Source: Candidatus Thorarchaeota archaeon (GTDB taxonomy: Archaea; Asgardarchaeota; Thorarchaeia; Thorarchaeales; Thorarchaeaceae). From it: a stretch of 64,000 bases of DNA. The first letter of the stretch is position 1, and every line of letters starts with the position of its first letter. The stretch spans positions 32,001-96,000 of the forward strand of contig JBHLQH010000001.1 of the NCBI GenBank assembly GCA_048884965.1, given 5' to 3'. Below, one piece after another: positions 9,091 to 19,381 of this stretch. The translations under genes and the position numbers were made by a program. The notes beneath the pieces were generated by a model. It searched no databases and was not told where the DNA came from. It saw nothing but the letters and a program-made list of their open reading frames with translations.

Positions 9091-10254
9091 ATGGTTGACT
9101 ATCTTAGCAATGTTCTATGGACTGAAGAAGAGATTGAGTTCAGAAAGAAGGTCCGCGAATTCTGTGACAAGGAAATCTATCCGATTGCGGATGAGATTGA
9201 CAAAGGACCCTATCCACGTGAGCTGATCAGGAAAATTGGTCAAGCTGGTTTCATGGGTGTACACCATGACAAAGAGTCAGGTGGAACTGCAAAGGGTCTC
9301 TCCTTCGAAATAATCGTGGCTGAGGAGATATCTGCTGCCAATGGTGGTCTGGATATGGCTAGAATGGCATCAACCACGCTCTACGGAATGCCTCTCAAGG
9401 TCTTTGGCACACCTGAGCAGAAGAAGAAGTATCTTGAGCCTGTGGTCAGAGGTGATAAGATCGGATGCATCGGTATCACAGAGCCTGAAGTTGGTTCAGA
9501 TACTGCAGGAATGAAGACACGCGCCGAGAAGGATGGCGATGAATGGGTCCTCAATGGTGAGAAACGATTCATTACCAATGGCAGTCAAGCAGACTATATG
9601 TGTGCATTCGCTATTACAGATCCATCCGTAAAGTCCAAGGATGGAATGTCTGCCTTCATTGTACCTACAGACACAAAAGGATTCAGTGTCGTACAAGACC
9701 ATGACTTGCTGGGCATGAAATCAGCAAGGGTATCTTGGTTGAAACTTGAGGATGTACGACTTGGTTCTGAGATGTTGCTTGGTAAGGAAGGACAGGGTTT
9801 CCACATACTTATGGACGAGTTGGACAGCGAGCGAACTGCAATAGCAGCCGAAGCTATCGGATATGGTAGAACCCCCTATGAGGTTGCAGTGAAGTACTCG
9901 AATGAACGAAAGCAATTTGGCCGAGAGATTAGACAATTCGAAGGTGTTAGCTTCAAGATAGCAGACATGGCGATGCGACTTGAGGCAGGACGTGCCTTGA
10001 CCTTGACTGCGGCACGAATGTACGACAAGGGAATGAAAATCACAAAGCAGGCGTCTATCGCCAAGTTGTACACAACTGAAGCAGCGATAGCGATCGCGAA
10101 CGATGCATTGCAGATTCTTGGAGGGATGGGTTACACTACTGATTATCCTGTCGAGAGATTCTTGCGTGATGCTCGGCTTATGACCATCGGTGGCGGAACT
10201 GCTGAGATCCTCAGATTCCTTATCCAACGTGAAGTCTACAAAGAGATGCTATAA
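9091..10254 (+). CDS. Acyl-CoA dehydrogenase
   Basis: ITEPEVGSD, LNGEKRFITNG, RKQFG, QILGGMGY, RDAR...IGGGTAEI; ATG at 9091. Confidence 0.95.
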   Translation: MVDYLSNVLWTEEEIEFRKKVREFCDKEIYPIADEIDKGPYPRELIRKIGQAGFMGVHHDKESGGTAKGLSFEIIVAEEISAANGGLDMARMASTTLYGMPLKVFGTPEQKKKYLEPVVRGDKIGCIGITEPEVGSDTAGMKTRAEKDGDEWVLNGEKRFITNGSQADYMCAFAITDPSVKSKDGMSAFIVPTDTKGFSVVQDHDLLGMKSARVSWLKLEDVRLGSEMLLGKEGQGFHILMDELDSERTAIAAEAIGYGRTPYEVAVKYSNERKQFGREIRQFEGVSFKIADMAMRLEAGRALTLTAARMYDKGMKITKQASIAKLYTTEAAIAIANDALQILGGMGYTTDYPVERFLRDARLMTIGGGTAEILRFLIQREVYKEML

Positions 10255-10258
10255 AATC

Positions 10259-10325
10259 AATGGGGGCTGTAAACCCCCATTCTTTCATTCTAAAAGAAAA
10301 AGTGAGAGTTGGGTTATCCCAACTC
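10259..10325. terminator. Pair of hairpins between convergent genes
   Basis: AATGGGGG/CCCCCATT (10259-10281) and GAGTTGGG/CCCAACTC (10306-10325). Confidence 0.6.
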
Positions 10326-12102
10326 AAATTTTCACAATTGCTATGATTCTGAATTCATCACCAATCATTTCAAGGGTTGCTGTGAATTCATCACCAATCT
10401 GCAAATTGAGCAATGTGTACCAATCTGTAAGATTCATCCATGCCTTAGCACCGACGATGTACTCGTATGTTGAGTTATCGGTACCGAGGACAATATGGGT
10501 GTCTCCATTGTCGACGTAGGAAGTGATACCCGTTACATTTGCGCTAAGAATGAAGTTATCAGTTGGCTCCACAATTACCTCACCGCCGACTTCGCCGATG
10601 TAGCCCTCTCTCACAGTCTTGACCAGATTCGCTCCTGTCAATGGTCCTGATCGCTCAAGTGTATATGAGATGGTAACATCTGCGGCGTCAGCCATAGCAA
10701 ATGCATGAAGACGAATATCTGATATGTAGAATTCCTCACTATCAGAATCATAGTATCCATCGTACCAATAGATTGGGCAATACCATGCGAATCTGTATGT
10801 TGTAGCATCGACCTGTACTGGGTAGAGGAGGGGCATTGCGCCAAAGTAGCTGCCTGATACAGGATCTGGAAATTGCTTGATCACTTCATTTATGGCTGCA
10901 TCACCACTCGAGAAGCCCGCGGCACTAAGATCATGATAGAATATTCCATCATTCGTTCCTCTGATAAAACCGCTAAGAGCAAGGTTGGAAGCACCAGGAG
11001 GATTAATGGCTATCAGTGCCTCAACACGATCTGTGTCTGGATTGATGATATATCGAGTATCCTCAGTCATCTCAAGACGATCATTCGAAGGTGGGATTAC
11101 CCAGAGGAAGCCGCCTGCAAAGAGGTCGAATCCTTCTCCACGACGATATCCTCCCCAACGCATGATATCTCGTTCAAGCCACTCTTCACTATACACTTGG
11201 GTTACCCAATTTGGCGTTGTATCTACTGTATCATATGTGACAATAGTACCATTCTGGCAGTATACTATTGGTCCCAAAGGTCTCTCGACGAAATCCCATC
11301 CTAACTGAGTTCGAGTCTGGATATACACGAGATTACCAAGTGGATCCCAAGTCGGGTATGCATACTCATAGGAATTGGTCATGTCATTGAGATAATTGCC
11401 AAACTGGATGTTCTTATCCCAGAAGAGGCCTTCTCCTACTGGTATCTGTACATCCGTGATTAACTCAATCAAAGAAGGATCATTTGCATCAACAACTATC
11501 AATGCCTTAACAAAGTTCTCGGAAAGCACGTTCGTCGAGACCACCACACATACCCATACCAACCTGTCATTCCGTGTAGTGATATGTGCATTTGCGATCT
11601 CAATATTCGAACCAATGGACGCGAACTGCTGCCTCGCTACAAATTGGGCATACTCTGATGTCACAAGTCTGACATGGTTGTCTTCGATTGGAGACTCAAA
11701 TAATGGATCTGAACTCTGAGAGATCATGTCATCGACATATTCAGCATTAGCGACATCAGCTGTCCAACCAATTATCCCTGAGAATATTGGCATGACTATG
11801 ATGATTATTAGCCCAAAGCAAATGAATGGAACTCGAGCTCCTTCCATAATATCTTCTATCTGGTTTGGTCTGAAGCCTCCGGAGAATAGCATCAGAAGTG
11901 CGAAGCTCATAATCAAACTGATTAATGCCCATGGGAGGACCATCATGCTAAGGACACATATTATCGCCCATGCGCCAGTTCCCCAGATCAATCTGAGAGG
12001 AAGCCACTTCAATAGGCGATTGAACCTAAGCATACCTGGTTCATATGGAACCGGGATTGCATGTACAATTAGTGAAATCAATAGAAACAGCATTACATTC
12101 AT
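10324..12102 (-). CDS. Hypothetical membrane protein (N-terminal TM helices, large extracytoplasmic domain)
   Basis: 592 aa, about 4 hydrophobic N-terminal segments, acidic beta-rich remainder with N-x-S/T sequons. Confidence 0.8.
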   Translation of the reverse strand: MNVMLFLLISLIVHAIPVPYEPGMLRFNRLLKWLPLRLIWGTGAWAIICVLSMMVLPWALISLIMSFALLMLFSGGFRPNQIEDIMEGARVPFICFGLIIIIVMPIFSGIIGWTADVANAEYVDDMISQSSDPLFESPIEDNHVRLVTSEYAQFVARQQFASIGSNIEIANAHITTRNDRLVWVCVVVSTNVLSENFVKALIVVDANDPSLIELITDVQIPVGEGLFWDKNIQFGNYLNDMTNSYEYAYPTWDPLGNLVYIQTRTQLGWDFVERPLGPIVYCQNGTIVTYDTVDTTPNWVTQVYSEEWLERDIMRWGGYRRGEGFDLFAGGFLWVIPPSNDRLEMTEDTRYIINPDTDRVEALIAINPPGASNLALSGFIRGTNDGIFYHDLSAAGFSSGDAAINEVIKQFPDPVSGSYFGAMPLLYPVQVDATTYRFAWYCPIYWYDGYYDSDSEEFYISDIRLHAFAMADAADVTISYTLERSGPLTGANLVKTVREGYIGEVGGEVIVEPTDNFILSANVTGITSYVDNGDTHIVLGTDNSTYEYIVGAKAWMNLTDWYTLLNLQIGDEFTATLEMIGDEFRIIAIVKI

Positions 12103-12163
12103 GTAGAAACCTCATCGCTGCTAAGACTTATTCTAGCAGATGTAGGGAACCTATTAGCATTTT

Positions 12164-12670
12164 CTACATTGATTTCTGTGCCTTATACCAAGGTACGGCA
12201 CCACCTGCTCGAAGGATTTCCAGCATCTTAACAGGAATCCTTCCCCCAGAAAGGGTGTCCCCTGTAGCGAGATTAATGACAGTACCGCTCTGAAGATCGA
12301 CTCGTATCCTATCACCATCATTCAAGTGTTTGGTCACATCCTTGACCACAAGTGCAGGGATTCCAATATTGAATGCGTTACGATAGAAAATCCTTGCAAA
12401 TGATTCCGCGATGACACACCGAATGCCTACTGTCTGCAGTACCATTGGTGCCTCTTCTCGGGAGGAGCCACTGCCAAAATTTCTCCCTCCCACAATCACA
12501 TCTCCTTCTTCCACATTATTCACAAAATCAGGTCTAATGACCTCGAACGTATGTTTCGCCATTTCCTCGTAATCTAGGAGTTGCAGGTATCTGCCTTGGA
12601 TTATTTGGTCTGTGTTTATATCGTCTCCAAAGAGAATAGCCTTTCCTTCAATGTTATCCGAGAATGACAT
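12164..12670 (-). CDS. leuD: 3-isopropylmalate dehydratase/homoaconitase small subunit
   Basis: DINTDQI, NFGSGSSRE, AESFARIFYRNAFNIG; could be the hacB/dmdB paralogue. Confidence 0.85.
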   Translation of the reverse strand: MSFSDNIEGKAILFGDDINTDQIIQGRYLQLLDYEEMAKHTFEVIRPDFVNNVEEGDVIVGGRNFGSGSSREEAPMVLQTVGIRCVIAESFARIFYRNAFNIGIPALVVKDVTKHLNDGDRIRVDLQSGTVINLATGDTLSGGRIPVKMLEILRAGGAVPWYKAQKSM

Positions 12671-12675
12671 GATTC

Positions 12676-13941
12676 CTACACCTCCCTGGGGTCAGTGATT
12701 CTTCCGGTGATTGCACTTGCAGCAACTGTCGCTGGTGACGCAAGATACACAATTGAAGTAGGATCACCCATCCTTCCTTGGAAGTTTCTATTTGTGCTAG
12801 AGATGCACACCTCGTTAGGTCCAAGCACTCCTAGGTGCCCACCAATACATGCACCACATGTACTATTGGTAACGATCGCTCCTGATTCCAGTAGTATCTC
12901 AATAATGCCGTCCTTAAGGGCTGCTATGTAAGTCGCTCTACTTGCGGGTGTAATGATAAGTCGTGTATCTTGATGAACTTGGTTTCCTCTCAATATCTGA
13001 GCTGCAATCGATAGGTCTTCGAGTCTCCCATTTGTACAGGAACCGATGAATGCCTGATCTATCTCAATATCTCCTATCTCCGGGATTGGTCTACTGTTCG
13101 CCGGACTATGTGGTTTAGCTACCATTGGTTCTAATGAATTCTTATTCACTTCATATGATAGAGATTCGATATATTCAGCTCCTACATCTGGCATTGTGGC
13201 CTTCCATCTCTTCTCGGGTGCGTACCGCTTAATCCATTCCTCAACATGCCTATTGACTGGCATAATGCCACATTTGGCTCCAGATTCTACCGTCATGTTG
13301 CACATCGTCATCCTGGATCCGACCGATAAGTTGTCTATCAAAGATCCAAAGAATTCCATAGATTGATAGTTTGCTCCATCTGTACCTAGGTCGGTCACAA
13401 TCTTCAGCATGAGGTCCTTGCTCATAACCCTCTTTGGAAGCTCTCCATTGATATCGATTCTTAGCGCTTCTGGAACCCTTAGCCATATCTTCCCCGTTGC
13501 CAGTATCATTGCGCTATCTGTCGCAGCAAGACCTGCTGAGAATGCATTAAAGGCACCATAGGTGGTTGAATGGGAGTCACTACCAATGATTAGCATCCCC
13601 GGCAACGCAAGACCTTCCTCTGCTAGAACCTGATGACAGATTCCACACTCGACATCACAGAAGTGCTTGATTCCTTGCTCTTTAACGAATTGTCTATTTC
13701 TGATGTGAATCTGAGCACTCTCAGTATCTGGGGGCGGTGCCCAATGATCGTTCACGACTAGGACTCTCTCAGGATCCCATACCTTATCGAATGCCATCTC
13801 CTCTAGGATCGGAATGATTCTAGATCCTAGGACCTCATGGACCATGATGAGGTCGACTGATGCATCTACAATATCTCCCGCACATGCCCTACCATCTTCT
13901 GTGTGTGAAGCAATGATCTTTTCAGCTAGAGTTTGTGGCAT
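12676..13941 (-). CDS. leuC: 3-isopropylmalate dehydratase/homoaconitase large subunit
   Basis: GICHQV, DSHSTTYGA, IGSCTNGR, CGACIG (4Fe-4S ligands), STNRNFQGRMG. Confidence 0.85.
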   Translation of the reverse strand: MPQTLAEKIIASHTEDGRACAGDIVDASVDLIMVHEVLGSRIIPILEEMAFDKVWDPERVLVVNDHWAPPPDTESAQIHIRNRQFVKEQGIKHFCDVECGICHQVLAEEGLALPGMLIIGSDSHSTTYGAFNAFSAGLAATDSAMILATGKIWLRVPEALRIDINGELPKRVMSKDLMLKIVTDLGTDGANYQSMEFFGSLIDNLSVGSRMTMCNMTVESGAKCGIMPVNRHVEEWIKRYAPEKRWKATMPDVGAEYIESLSYEVNKNSLEPMVAKPHSPANSRPIPEIGDIEIDQAFIGSCTNGRLEDLSIAAQILRGNQVHQDTRLIITPASRATYIAALKDGIIEILLESGAIVTNSTCGACIGGHLGVLGPNEVCISSTNRNFQGRMGDPTSIVYLASPATVAASAITGRITDPREV

Positions 13942-13947
13942 TACCTA

Positions 13948-15111
13948 TCATCCTCTTGATCTCTCTTCAATTATTCTGATGATATCATTAGTGACATCTA
14001 AGGTTGAAGCAGGAGTGACATTACTCCATCTATCCGTACAGATGTCATAGGTTCTCACTTTTCCTTCTCTGAGAACGGAGGCAACAGCAACATCTATGAT
14101 TCGAGAAGCTTGAAGCATGCTTTGATCATTATATTGTGAACCCAACCATTCCAACATCATCATACATGAAAGGATGGCTGCTATTGGATTTGATATCATC
14201 TTTCCATAGTGCTTTGGTGCTGAACCGTGAACAGGTTCGAACACAGCCTTGTCGTAGCCAATACTTCCCGCTGGGGCCATTCCCAATCCTCCCTGAATGG
14301 CAGCACCTAGGTCTGTGATGATATCCCCAAATGCATTTGGTGCCACTACGACATTGTAGAACTCTGGCTTGCGAATTAGCCATTGCGTGAAGGCATCAAT
14401 ATAGGCATAGTCCCTGGTGATTTCTGGATAGCCTTCCCCCACTTCGTTGAAGCATCTTCTAAAGAGCTGACATCCTGCAAGTAGATTACTCTTATCTACA
14501 CAAGTCACTCGCTTTACGGAATCTACTGGAGCTCCAGTGCTCTTCATAGCTAGGTCGAATGCATACTTACTCACACGTATGCTCGCCTTTCTTGATATCA
14601 CTCGTTTGTCTATTACGACCTCTGCATCCTCAAATCTTGAAGGAGCTTCTTGAGGAGCATAGAGCCCTTCGGTGTTCTCTCTGACCATTATCATATTTAC
14701 ATGACGATGATCTTTTCCCGCAAGAGGTGTTGGTACGCCTTCATAGAGCTTGACTGGTCTGACGTTCGCAAATAGCTCAAGTTCTATCCTGAGACCTATC
14801 ACAACACTGTATCCTGCAAGATGTCCATCAGGTCTACGCACTGAGTTTCCTTCTGGTGTTGTAGCTCCCACTGCACCTAGCAAAATGGCATCTGCTTCAT
14901 TCTTTGTGAAGTCCTCTGCTTCTTGAGACCACTCTCGTTTATTCCTAAGGAAATATTCTCCTCCACACTCAAACTCGTGAACTTCAAGTTGAATACCTGG
15001 AACTTCATTCTCCAAAGTCTTGAGGACTCTCAATGCTTCCGGTATTACTTCCCGTCCAATCCCGTCCCCTGGAAGAGCTGCAATCTTGTATGATCTTGGC
15101 AAAAGAATCAC
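13948..15111 (-). CDS. leuB: Isocitrate/isopropylmalate (beta-decarboxylating) dehydrogenase
   Basis: PGDGIG, NVRP, RENTEGLY, VDKSN, N.FGDIITD, EPVHGSAP; substrate specificity uncertain. Confidence 0.75.
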   Translation of the reverse strand: MILLPRSYKIAALPGDGIGREVIPEALRVLKTLENEVPGIQLEVHEFECGGEYFLRNKREWSQEAEDFTKNEADAILLGAVGATTPEGNSVRRPDGHLAGYSVVIGLRIELELFANVRPVKLYEGVPTPLAGKDHRHVNMIMVRENTEGLYAPQEAPSRFEDAEVVIDKRVISRKASIRVSKYAFDLAMKSTGAPVDSVKRVTCVDKSNLLAGCQLFRRCFNEVGEGYPEITRDYAYIDAFTQWLIRKPEFYNVVVAPNAFGDIITDLGAAIQGGLGMAPAGSIGYDKAVFEPVHGSAPKHYGKMISNPIAAILSCMMMLEWLGSQYNDQSMLQASRIIDVAVASVLREGKVRTYDICTDRWSNVTPASTLDVTNDIIRIIEERSRG

Positions 15112-15471
15112 CTAGTAGCTGCCGAGCCATCCTAAATTCTTCCCTTTGTCATCGAATAGACTGACCATTGTATCCATTCTCTCTCCATCATGATACCTAA
15201 TTCGACAACTGATGGTGAAATCCTTCCTACATTTCTCGCATTTGACTTTCCAATTCTCTGTCACTTCTTCTGTTCCATTCCTGGTAATCTCTGCTGGATT
15301 TGACGATACATCTAGAAGTGTTAACTCATTTCCATCACAGTCATATGTGCACTCCTTGAGGGGGATACTTTCCATTCCCCTTCTTCCCAAAGCTACAAAC
15401 ACAGTATTTGGTAGCTCGTCAAGTGTTCTATCTTCAATCAAAGATTTCACCAGCTGATACTCAATCACCAT
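15112..15471 (-). CDS. Hypothetical protein, putative Zn-binding (CxxxC, CxxC)
   Basis: 119 aa, CTYDC and CEKC; abuts the dehydrogenase start. Confidence 0.75.
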   Translation of the reverse strand: MVIEYQLVKSLIEDRTLDELPNTVFVALGRRGMESIPLKECTYDCDGNELTLLDVSSNPAEITRNGTEEVTENWKVKCEKCRKDFTISCRIRYHDGERMDTMVSLFDDKGKNLGWLGSY

Positions 15472-15505
15472 TACGGATAAATGAACCTGTCTACAATGGT
15501 ATACT

Positions 15506-16411
15506 ATGCGATTGGTTACGTATTCCAGGTTAGGAGTTCCTTCAATCGGAGTCGAGCTTGAGGAAGGTATCTTGGATATTCCTGAGGCCGCTTCACGTTT
15601 CGGTCGTATGCATCATGTGCATGGGAAGCTATTTCCAAGCACCATGATGGATCTACTCCAATGGCCTGCAGGGGTCGAAGTCGTTCAGCAGATTCTGGAT
15701 ACATATAATGAATCTGAGCCAGAAGAGAAACCTCTTCTTTACAGACTTTCATCTGTAAGGCTTCTCGCACCAATTGAACGTCCTGGCAAGATTGTAGCCT
15801 TAGGTTTGAACTATAAGGATCACATCGAGGAAACTGAACGGGAGATTCCCAAGGTTCCTGTCATGTTCGCAAAATTTCCGAGCTCAGTCATTGGACCTGA
15901 TGATGAGATTATTATCCCATTAGTAAGTAAGAAGATCGATTGGGAGGTCGAGCTTGGAATAGTAATAGGTCGCAATTGTAAGGCTGTTTCCGAGGAAGAT
16001 GCTCTGGATTACATTGCTGGATACACTATTCTCAATGATGTGACTGCAAGAGACATACAGAAGCACGATGGGGGACAGTGGGTCAGAGGTAAATCAATAG
16101 ACACCTTTTGTCCCATGGGACCCTGCATTGTGACTGCTGATGAGCTTGGAGATGGCTCAGGACTAAGACTACAAACAAAGGTGAATGGAGTGATTAAGCA
16201 AGACTCTAGTACTTCAGAGCTGCTGTTCAATGTCCCTCAAATCATCGCCTATCTCTCACAATCATTCTCATTTGAACCAGGAGATGTCATTGCGACAGGA
16301 ACCCCCTCTGGTGTTGGTTTTGCACGAAATCCTCCGGAGTATCTAAAGCATGGCGATGTTGTGGAGCTTTCAATTGAGAAGATTGGGATTCTTCGTAACA
16401 CAGTTGTCTAG
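15506..16411 (+). CDS. Fumarylacetoacetate hydrolase (FAH) family protein
   Basis: GLNYKDH, DWEVELG, NDVTARD, W..GKS.DTFCPMGP, PGDVIATGTPSGVG. Confidence 0.93.
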   Translation: MRLVTYSRLGVPSIGVELEEGILDIPEAASRFGRMHHVHGKLFPSTMMDLLQWPAGVEVVQQILDTYNESEPEEKPLLYRLSSVRLLAPIERPGKIVALGLNYKDHIEETEREIPKVPVMFAKFPSSVIGPDDEIIIPLVSKKIDWEVELGIVIGRNCKAVSEEDALDYIAGYTILNDVTARDIQKHDGGQWVRGKSIDTFCPMGPCIVTADELGDGSGLRLQTKVNGVIKQDSSTSELLFNVPQIIAYLSQSFSFEPGDVIATGTPSGVGFARNPPEYLKHGDVVELSIEKIGILRNTVV

Positions 16412-16417
16412 GATTCT

Positions 16418-18706
16418 TTACTGTTTGAATACCACTCTCAGAATTTGTCCTTTCTTGAATTTGTGCTTCACAGCTACAACTTCTGGAGCTATCTCTTCAA
16501 AACCAATTTTCTCATCATCAACATATGCGCGTGATGGTATCCATTGATCACTGAACACGAAGAAGATTGACTCTTCTTGTCTGGAGTTCTTCTTGATTTT
16601 CATACTCAGCTCTTTGCCTCCATCGTTCCAATCCACATCGCTAAGCTCGACTGCGCCTTGGGTGAAATGGATGCTGGTGCTAAGGATTGAGGGGATCTCA
16701 CTCTCTGGTCGTATCACAAGTAGCTTGCTGGTGTGCGGCTTGAGGCCAAATATCGCAATCTGCTCCTCTGAGAGTCCATGGTACTCCTGATTCCAGAAGT
16801 CGAACACATGATGAGGAACACTAGGGTCTAATCCTATTGTTTCAAGTAGAACAGAAATATCGATTGGTGTTTCATTCAGATTGATGAGTCCTAGAACCAC
16901 CCACTTCCCACTAGGATTCTCGAGAGTTAGTGCAAATATCGATGGGTTCTCCTTCTCAAATGCATCAATTGCTCTTGCAGTCTTTCGATAGGGTGGTAGT
17001 ACCTTATCAATGAATGCTAGTCGTTCTTCGGAAACCTCCATCATTCTATCACTAAGCAGGATAGCTCCGCCACTAAGAGCAACGACGTTTAACCAGAGCT
17101 TGACCTCTTCTTCAGTTAACTCATTATCATCCTGCCTTACAAGTACACAATCGGGATCGTTTACCCAGAGTCGGTCATGCATGACTGCCCGTGTCATAGT
17201 ATTCACCGAGCACTCATAGACCCCGCCTCCCCAGTCATACCTCCAGTGAGTGGCGATGTCCGTTCCAATTCTCATCATATTGACCATACCAATACATGGA
17301 CCTAAGGGTGCTCCACATCCTAATATCATATCGTCACCTACGGCCTCTCTGATAACTTCAAGCCCCCTACGGATTGCTTGCGCCCGTGTTATCTTGGAAT
17401 CATGTCGTTGCCCAAGAAGTGCCGCATGATATAGGAAGTCTATCTTGAAATACTCAAATCCATCCTGTTTGAGCTTAGTGAATATGCCTTTGATATGCTT
17501 GAGCACCTTAGGATTGGTTAGGTCAAGTGCGTGATAGTTTCCAAGCCAGAGGGGATTCTCTCCCACAACAATGGGGTTGTTATCATGGTCCCGGACGAAC
17601 CAGTCTCGCTTATCTTTGAAAATCTCGGAGTGCTCAGAAGCAACAAAGGGTGCTGTCCAGACTCCCGCGCGGTATCCTTTCTCTTTTATTTTCTTGACAA
17701 GAGCAGCAAGACCGCTCCCAAATCTAGAATTCTCATCCCAATCTCCAACCTTCATTTGATAGCCATCATCGATCTGTATCCATTCAATTTCCTTGCCAAA
17801 TCGATTAGCTAGGAAGTCAGTATTCTCAATAATCTCTCCCTCGTCTGGCATGGTGTAGTAGAAATACCAGCTGCACCATCCAGCAGGAACATTCTTCCAT
17901 TTTATTGCATTCATCCGTTGTGATACGAAATCCATGTACTCCTCCAAGCTCTGATACGCATTTTTGCTGTAGAGAACAAGTGTTTCTTCTGACACGATTG
18001 TATCCTTCTCGGTGACGGGAAGATTATCGGCATGGGATGTTGCTGCAATAAGTGCCAATCTCGACTTCTCCTCATTCCTTCCCCGTGCTGATACTGTGGA
18101 TAACTGATCCGCCATTGTAGTAAAGCCAATTACCAAAGCATCCTCTGTAGCAGTATTCTTCAGGATTGAGTAGTAATGACTCAAATTCTCTCCTACATCT
18201 ATTGGATGCGATTGGCTCAGTTCCCATGAATGAAATCCATTCCTGAAGAATCGTAGGTCGCTCTTTTTCCAACCTGTCACTATTCGAGATGCATCATCGA
18301 CATCTATTACTAGAGTATCTATTGATTTTACGAGAACCTCATTAGCTCTATTTCGATATTGAACCACTATCGAGAAACCAGAGACCTTGTCATAGACTGA
18401 GAGTTTGATGCTAAGATCGGCAGTCTTCTCAACATCTTGAACTTTAAGTACGACCGACTTTCCCTTGATTCTTTCTTCCTGAAAATCGAGCGCGCTGAAT
18501 GATTTGTAGACCATCTTCCGTGAATCGAAGACCTCCCTATCAGTATGGATCAGTACATAACCCTTTGAGAAACAAATAACATTCTCATTGTTAGAAGTGA
18601 GAGAGATGTATCCTAGACGTGTATCATAAATCACTGTGACGATTCCATTGGTAAGATGGATTGAATTTTCACCCACGTCGACCTTGCATGCTTGGTCTTC
18701 ATTCAT
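16418..18706 (-). CDS. Alpha-galactosidase (GH36/GH27 clan-D)
   Basis: GWCSW, IQIDDGY, YFKIDF (nucleophile), MRIGTD (acid/base), NDPD. Confidence 0.88.
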   Translation of the reverse strand: MNEDQACKVDVGENSIHLTNGIVTVIYDTRLGYISLTSNNENVICFSKGYVLIHTDREVFDSRKMVYKSFSALDFQEERIKGKSVVLKVQDVEKTADLSIKLSVYDKVSGFSIVVQYRNRANEVLVKSIDTLVIDVDDASRIVTGWKKSDLRFFRNGFHSWELSQSHPIDVGENLSHYYSILKNTATEDALVIGFTTMADQLSTVSARGRNEEKSRLALIAATSHADNLPVTEKDTIVSEETLVLYSKNAYQSLEEYMDFVSQRMNAIKWKNVPAGWCSWYFYYTMPDEGEIIENTDFLANRFGKEIEWIQIDDGYQMKVGDWDENSRFGSGLAALVKKIKEKGYRAGVWTAPFVASEHSEIFKDKRDWFVRDHDNNPIVVGENPLWLGNYHALDLTNPKVLKHIKGIFTKLKQDGFEYFKIDFLYHAALLGQRHDSKITRAQAIRRGLEVIREAVGDDMILGCGAPLGPCIGMVNMMRIGTDIATHWRYDWGGGVYECSVNTMTRAVMHDRLWVNDPDCVLVRQDDNELTEEEVKLWLNVVALSGGAILLSDRMMEVSEERLAFIDKVLPPYRKTARAIDAFEKENPSIFALTLENPSGKWVVLGLINLNETPIDISVLLETIGLDPSVPHHVFDFWNQEYHGLSEEQIAIFGLKPHTSKLLVIRPESEIPSILSTSIHFTQGAVELSDVDWNDGGKELSMKIKKNSRQEESIFFVFSDQWIPSRAYVDDEKIGFEEIAPEVVAVKHKFKKGQILRVVFKQ

Positions 18707-18777
18707 TCAAAGATGCCTCCAGTCTACAATTTGGCGGACCAGAGTCCTCTTATGCTTTACCCGAGGTCAAGGCAGGC

Positions 18778-19329
18778 TTATTCAAGCTGTTGTGCTCTCT
18801 GCATAGCCACATCTGCTTCAGAATACTCGAAAAGCTTCTTGTGAGCATTAGCCAGCATCTCCCAAGCTTCTCTATCCTTTGACTGCATTTTCATGTAATA
18901 GCTAAGGTACATCTTCACTCCTTCATAATCATCAAGCTTCTCACTACATTTCGCAGCATAGAACAGTGCACGTTTGTGATTCATCTCAGAGCCCATGACC
19001 TTCCTAAAAACCTGCAGGGCTTCCTTCCATTCTTCGTTGCTATAGAAGTCCAACCCCTCTTCAAATACAATCTCCAATTCTCCGTATTCTGGAATCTTCA
19101 TAGCTACTGACATAGTGAATAGGGAGGATGTGCAGCATATCAATATCATACCGATGATAACTCCAAGTCCTAGAATTGTCGCTGGCGGAGCAAAATACGG
19201 TAAGTATCCCCAGCCAACTGCCCAAGCTGTAATCACTGATCCCAGAATAATAAGTAATCCTGCCAAACCCACACGTTTGGCTTTTCTGGTTCCTCCTTGT
19301 TCAGGAGTGCCATTTGGTTCAGGCATCAT
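18778..19329 (-). CDS. Two-TM membrane protein with C-terminal TPR repeats
   Basis: Likely start ATG 19329 (MMPEPNG), avoiding overlap with the upstream gene; two hydrophobic helices, then TPR-like helices. Confidence 0.78.
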   Translation of the reverse strand: MMPEPNGTPEQGGTRKAKRVGLAGLLIILGSVITAWAVGWGYLPYFAPPATILGLGVIIGMILICCTSSLFTMSVAMKIPEYGELEIVFEEGLDFYSNEEWKEALQVFRKVMGSEMNHKRALFYAAKCSEKLDDYEGVKMYLSYYMKMQSKDREAWEMLANAHKKLFEYSEADVAMQRAQQLE

Positions 19330-19381
19330 AAATGAACACATCCAATGTCTCCTGCGAGATTCGCCTTTTAGATGTAATGAA

